NCBI GenBank assembly: GCA_016432345.1
Contig: CP066685.1
Span: 624,236-688,235 of the forward strand
Direction: 5' to 3'
Source of the DNA: Candidatus Levyibacteriota bacterium
GTDB lineage: Bacteria; Patescibacteriota; Microgenomatia; Levybacterales; UBA12049
Length of the DNA: 64,000 nucleotides
A program made the translations under genes and the position numbers. The stretch's first letter is position 1. The number at the start of each line of letters is the position of its first letter. Shown one piece after another: positions 64,000 to 64,000 of this stretch. Below the pieces are notes generated by a model that was not told where the DNA came from, searched no databases, and was given only the letters and a program-made list of their open reading frames with translations.

Positions 64000-64000
64000 A

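Noticed and set aside
1-64000. CRISPR arrays, rRNA genes, reverse transcriptases (retron, DGR, group II intron) and recoded stop codons (UGA=Gly, as in some CPR lineages).
   Set aside because: Scanning by eye found no regularly spaced direct repeats, no rRNA-like conserved blocks and no RT motifs (YxDD) in any long ORF. Many well-supported genes end in UGA, for example at ATGA overlaps, so the standard code applies.

Overview
AT-rich bacterial window that looks like a small-genome, CPR/Patescibacteria-like organism. This is inferred from gene content: pyruvoyl arginine decarboxylase, bifunctional PGI/PMI, a VKOR-DsbA pair, a compact UvrC and many small membrane proteins. The standard genetic code applies, with UGA used as a stop. 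The window has two parts. (1) Positions 1 to ~27,200 are an accessory/mobile mosaic. It holds a Dcm + GHKL-ATPase + Z1 restriction-like operon cut by the window edge, and a compact type IV secretion-like operon (pilin-like, VirB6-like, VirB3-like, VirB4 ATPase, M23 hydrolase) with no relaxase, coupling protein or integrase in view. It also holds a membrane-anchored HNH nuclease, an XRE regulator, a PLD-family nuclease operon and an HTH + PD-(D/E)XK gene pair. Several large orphan soluble proteins follow, each preceded by a duplicated ~300 bp module that carries a tRNA 3'-end-like remnant and a conserved 56-aa ORF. An IS1595-family transposon whose inverted repeats enclose a type II R-M pair is also present. 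Two GC-rich, hairpin-dense non-coding islands share a 19-nt core followed by a hairpin in the same position but with a different sequence. (2) Positions ~27,270 to 64,000 are mostly housekeeping: uvrA, uvrC, secG, PMM/PGM, PGI/PMI, an aminotransferase, a racemase, a two-component system, tRNA-Lys and tRNA-Arg. Several items here still deserve a second look. These are an MshC-like cysteine ligase divergent from an LmbE deacetylase, and an HTH-NB-ARC STAND NTPase fused to a multi-TM domain whose free-standing paralog flanks a pdaD/DMT/ATP-grasp cluster. There is also an ATP-cone/nuclease fusion and a clear T-box leader at the right edge. No CRISPR array, rRNA gene or reverse transcriptase was seen. 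All functional calls rest on motifs read by eye; no database search was possible.
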